DNA from: Candidatus Micrarchaeota archaeon
GTDB taxonomy: Archaea > Micrarchaeota > Micrarchaeia > Anstonellales > Bilamarchaeaceae
Length of the DNA stretch: 9,084 nucleotides
NCBI GenBank assembly: GCA_037440825.1
Contig: JBBITJ010000028.1
Span: forward strand, 1 to 9,084
Direction: 5' to 3'
Shown here: one piece after another, positions 6,577 to 9,084 of the stretch
How the letters are laid out: the number at the start of each line of letters is the position of its first letter
Position numbering within the stretch: position 1 is the first letter of the stretch
Notes under the pieces: model-generated
Seen by the model: the letters and a program-made list of their open reading frames with translations, nothing else
Told to the model about the DNA's origin: nothing
Databases searched by the model: none
Made by a program: the position numbers and the translations under genes

Positions 6577-6660
6577 CACATATCCCTTTTCTTTTTGCGA
6601 AAAGAAAAGGTCTAAGTGGTTCGCCCCAAAAAGAAAAACGAACTGCTGGTATGGTGGAAA
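6577..6660 (+). other. tRNA intron 2, non-canonical T-loop position 59/60 (84 nt)
   Basis: Central helix TTCA (6571-6574) pairs with TGGA (6655-6658). 3-nt bulges are AA|C and AA|T. Flanked by the T-stem and by CATATC (6579-6584) / GGTATG (6648-6653) after one A-G mismatch. Confidence 0.85.
6583..6642. repeat. Dispersed hairpin element, copy B (inside tRNA intron 2)
   Basis: TCCCTTTTCTTTTTGCGAAAAGAAAAGGTCTAAGTGGTTCGCCCCAAAAAGAAAAACGAA, with an 11-bp stem (6585-6595 / 6600-6610). Same orientation as copy A at 2268-2321. Confidence 0.8.
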
Positions 6661-6674
6661 TCCTTCTCCCTGCA

Positions 6675-6685
6675 TTTTTATTCTT
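6675..6685 (+). terminator. Oligo-T tract after tRNA-Leu (possible archaeal terminator)
   Basis: TTTTTATTCTT directly after discriminator A6674. Confidence 0.45.
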
Positions 6686-6887
6686 GCTTCAATTACGACT
6701 CAATCGTTTGCCGATGCGTCGCTAATTCAAAGAGGCGTTGTCCCGCACTCAGGGTGTAGGAGGGCACCTGAAGCTTTCTTACAATATTCTAATTACTTAT
6801 GTGTTGTTTTTAAATGTGTCTATCCGTGTAATAATCACGGACCAGCCGCAAATTGCTTTTTTATACCTTCTCCAAGAAACAAAATCC

Positions 6888-8105
6888 ATGACCGAGTCTG
6901 CGGAAATCTGGAACGACGCTGCAAAGTCATTGGAGTTCCAGCAGAACTATTCAGGCTCCGCCTCGTGCTACGAGCGCGCGATCAGGTTCGGGGACGACAA
7001 TCCGCGCACGCTGGTCAACCTCGCGGTCTCAAACCTCCACCTCTACGAATTCTACAAGGACGACAAGTATCTCGCCTCTGCCAAAGGATACCTCGTATCT
7101 GCATTGGAGAAGGAGCCTGACAACCCGAGGATACACCATTACCTCGGGTTGGTCTACGTTTCCCTGGGCGAGAAGGAGCTGGCAGCGGACGAGTTCTTCA
7201 GCGAGGGCGAGAAGCAGGTCGAGGAGAGCAGCGAGCTACTCTTCCGCTTCAACCTCAACATAGAGACCCTGGTGTACGAGAGCAGGAAGCAGGACGTCTA
7301 CGAGCTTTTCCCCGATCCTGCCTTGTACAAGGTGTTCGACCTAGTGAAGAGCTTCCCCTTCGACAGCGCGCTGTTCGAGAGCCTCAAGGAGACTTACGGC
7401 AACCGCGACAGCTCCTCCCTCCTCGCGCTCTACCTCCGCTCGATATATTTCAAGGTCTTCGACGACCGCAAATTCTCGCAGGAGCTCGGGCTGAAGGACG
7501 AGCAGTCCAAATGGGAAGCCCTGCTGGTGTTCTTCGTCAGGGGCATAACTGCGGAATCCAAGGCGCTGGTGAAATCAGCGCTTCTTCCCGGCGGCTCGCT
7601 GGACGTTTCGAAACTGCCTGCGTACACGAAGCTGCTGGTGGGCAGGTACAGGAGAGAAATTCTCTCTTCCACATACTCTCGCCAGAGCTTCGAGGCCCTA
7701 ATCGACCTGCCCATGAGGAAGCTGGAAGCCCTGGACAAGGCGTGCGAGATTTCCTCCGATCCCAAAGGAGGGGTGCGGCAGCTCGTGAAGGCGATGAAAA
7801 CGCTTGCAAAGGTAGGGCTGGCGCGCATGAAGGGAGGGGAGCTTTCCCTTTCCCCCCAGCTCGTTTCAGGGCAGGAAGGCGCAGAGCGCGTCCAGTCTGA
7901 CCTCGCCAAGGGCGAATGCGGCCGCCAGCTCTTCCTGGAGCTCAATTCCCTCTTGAGGAAGAAGAGGTTCGAGTACGCGCTCGACCTCGCGAAGAAGATC
8001 CGGGCGCTGTACGAGGAAGCCGAAGCGCTGTATTACACCAGGGAGATAATTTCTAAAATAGCGCTCAGCGAGGAGGAGAAGTTCGCCATCCTCTCGGAAG
8101 CCTGA
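6888..8105 (+). CDS. Hypothetical alpha-helical protein with N-terminal TPR-like repeats
   Basis: 405 aa from ATG 6888, with TTTTTATA at 6858-6865 at leaderless spacing (the TTG 6738 extension looks non-coding). TPR-like segments: ASCYERAIRFGDDNPRTLVNLA and ALEKEPDNPRIHHYLGLVYVSLG. Confidence 0.8.
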   Translation: MTESAEIWNDAAKSLEFQQNYSGSASCYERAIRFGDDNPRTLVNLAVSNLHLYEFYKDDKYLASAKGYLVSALEKEPDNPRIHHYLGLVYVSLGEKELAADEFFSEGEKQVEESSELLFRFNLNIETLVYESRKQDVYELFPDPALYKVFDLVKSFPFDSALFESLKETYGNRDSSSLLALYLRSIYFKVFDDRKFSQELGLKDEQSKWEALLVFFVRGITAESKALVKSALLPGGSLDVSKLPAYTKLLVGRYRREILSSTYSRQSFEALIDLPMRKLEALDKACEISSDPKGGVRQLVKAMKTLAKVGLARMKGGELSLSPQLVSGQEGAERVQSDLAKGECGRQLFLELNSLLRKKRFEYALDLAKKIRALYEEAEALYYTREIISKIALSEEEKFAILSEA

Positions 8106-8135
8106 TTGGCAGTTTGGGCTTTTCGACCGCGCTTA

Positions 8136-9084
8136 TCAGATCTGCTTCGCGCAGAGGTTCTCTATTATGGGGAAGTTTGCCGTGCAGTTTATCTTGTTCC
8201 CGCTCACCTGCACGAACCCGTTGGCGCTCACAGACATGGTTCCGTTGCCGGTGAGCCCAAGTATTTCGAGGAACATGTTCTGCTGCGCGAGCCCGCCGTA
8301 GCCCACGGTCCCGTAATCCACTATTGCCAGGGCGTCGTCAACGTACGTCCAGCTGAAGCTTCCGTCCACCATGGCTTCACAGTCCGCGACCGCGCCGGTG
8401 CTGTCGTAGCAGACCGCGGTGAAGTTGTATGTTCCGGGGAAATCGAGCACCAAGGGCCCATCTATAGAGCAGTTCTCGTGCGAGCACGGTATGACTTCGA
8501 CAGCGTAGTTGTTCACCGGGTTGGTGTCGTTGGCTCCAGAGGTGAGGTTGGTCATTATCCCTATGTATGCCGAGCCCATGCAGTCGTAGTCGTCCGTGGC
8601 GCGCACGTATGACTGCCCCATGAGCAGCGCGGGGACCGTATATGACTGCCACGGCGGATTCGTTTCCTGGCAGTTAACCAGGAGGTTGTCTGCGCAGTGC
8701 ACGATCGCTATGTCGAGTTTGGACTGCGCGAATATGTCCGTGGTGCCCACGTTCGTGACCGTCACGTTGGCGTATCCGGTCTCGTTCTGCGCCATGAACG
8801 TGTCGTTGGGGGTTATGGTGAGCCCGAGGTCCACTCCTTCGGTTATGGTCGTGAATATGTCGTCCGACGCGCTCGTGGTGTTAGTGCACGTCGGGTCTGT
8901 GGTGCTCACGTACACCGTGATGGTGACGTTCTGCGGCTGCGTGCCGCCGCTGTAATCGAGCGTGCCGTTGAATCCGTACGTCTGCCCGACCGTGAGCAGG
9001 AACGGAAGCGAATCGTCCGTGGTGAATGTGAATCCCGGGCTGGCCGCGAACGAGTCCACGTATATGTCAACGTTGCCGCTGTTG
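8136..9084 (-). CDS. Secreted/surface glycoprotein-like protein with CARDB/Ig-like domain (5' end outside window)
   Basis: The frame stays open to the window edge (...NSGNVDIYVDSF). Thr/Asn/Val-rich and acidic, CARDB-like ANVTVTNVGT...DTNPVNN, 12 N-x-S/T sequons and 10 Cys in the visible part. Confidence 0.75.
   Translation of the reverse strand, partial: NSGNVDIYVDSFAASPGFTFTTDDSLPFLLTVGQTYGFNGTLDYSGGTQPQNVTITVYVSTTDPTCTNTTSASDDIFTTITEGVDLGLTITPNDTFMAQNETGYANVTVTNVGTTDIFAQSKLDIAIVHCADNLLVNCQETNPPWQSYTVPALLMGQSYVRATDDYDCMGSAYIGIMTNLTSGANDTNPVNNYAVEVIPCSHENCSIDGPLVLDFPGTYNFTAVCYDSTGAVADCEAMVDGSFSWTYVDDALAIVDYGTVGYGGLAQQNMFLEILGLTGNGTMSVSANGFVQVSGNKINCTANFPIIENLCAKQI

Larger units (their letters stand above)
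6460..6674 (+). tRNA. tRNA-Leu(CAA) with two introns (exons 6460-6499, 6545-6576, 6661-6674; mature 86 nt before CCA)
   Basis: Joined exons give GCAGGGA TG GCG GAGCCCGGTCAAT CGC G CCAGA CTCAAGA TCTGG TGTCCTAGCGGCTAC GAAGG TTCAAAT CCTTC TCCCTGC A. Acceptor, anticodon and T stems are perfect, with a long variable arm and A73, followed by oligo-T. Confidence 0.93.

Noticed and set aside
2268..6642. The two repeat copies as attL/attR sites, transposon ends or a CRISPR array
   Set aside because: The enclosed genes are housekeeping, no integrase, transposase or cas gene is visible, the copies are diverged and there is no repeat-spacer periodicity. The gap contents are unknown.
6738..6887. 50-aa N-terminal extension of the TPR-like ORF from TTG 6738
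   Set aside because: AT-rich promoter-like DNA; ATG 6888 has a correctly spaced TATA and marks the shift to coding-like composition.

Overview
Archaeal chromosomal window. TATA-like promoters, leaderless starts, GGTG(A)-type Shine-Dalgarno sites, intron-containing tRNA and DUF359/PRC-barrel/Lrp genes all point to an archaeon; a DPANN/Micrarchaeota-like origin is only an impression. Gene order: pyrG (-), HTH-CBS regulator (+), a hairpin/repeat-rich spacer, tRNA-Ala(UGC) (-), rpiA (+), MFS transporter (-), GTP-dependent dephospho-CoA kinase (+), small 2-TM protein (-), PRC-barrel protein (-), Lrp/AsnC regulator (-), a gene cut by a 100-N assembly gap, tRNA-Leu(CAA) (+) split by two introns, a TPR-like protein (+) and the 3' part of a secreted Cys/sequon-rich CARDB-like protein (-). 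The most notable observation: the 84-nt non-canonical T-loop (59/60) intron of tRNA-Leu carries a ~60-nt hairpin element that also occurs free-standing about 4.3 kb away, near tRNA-Ala (48 of 54 aligned bases identical). This suggests a miniature dispersed element using a spliced tRNA intron as a safe haven. All pairings and alignments were done by eye; no searches were run.
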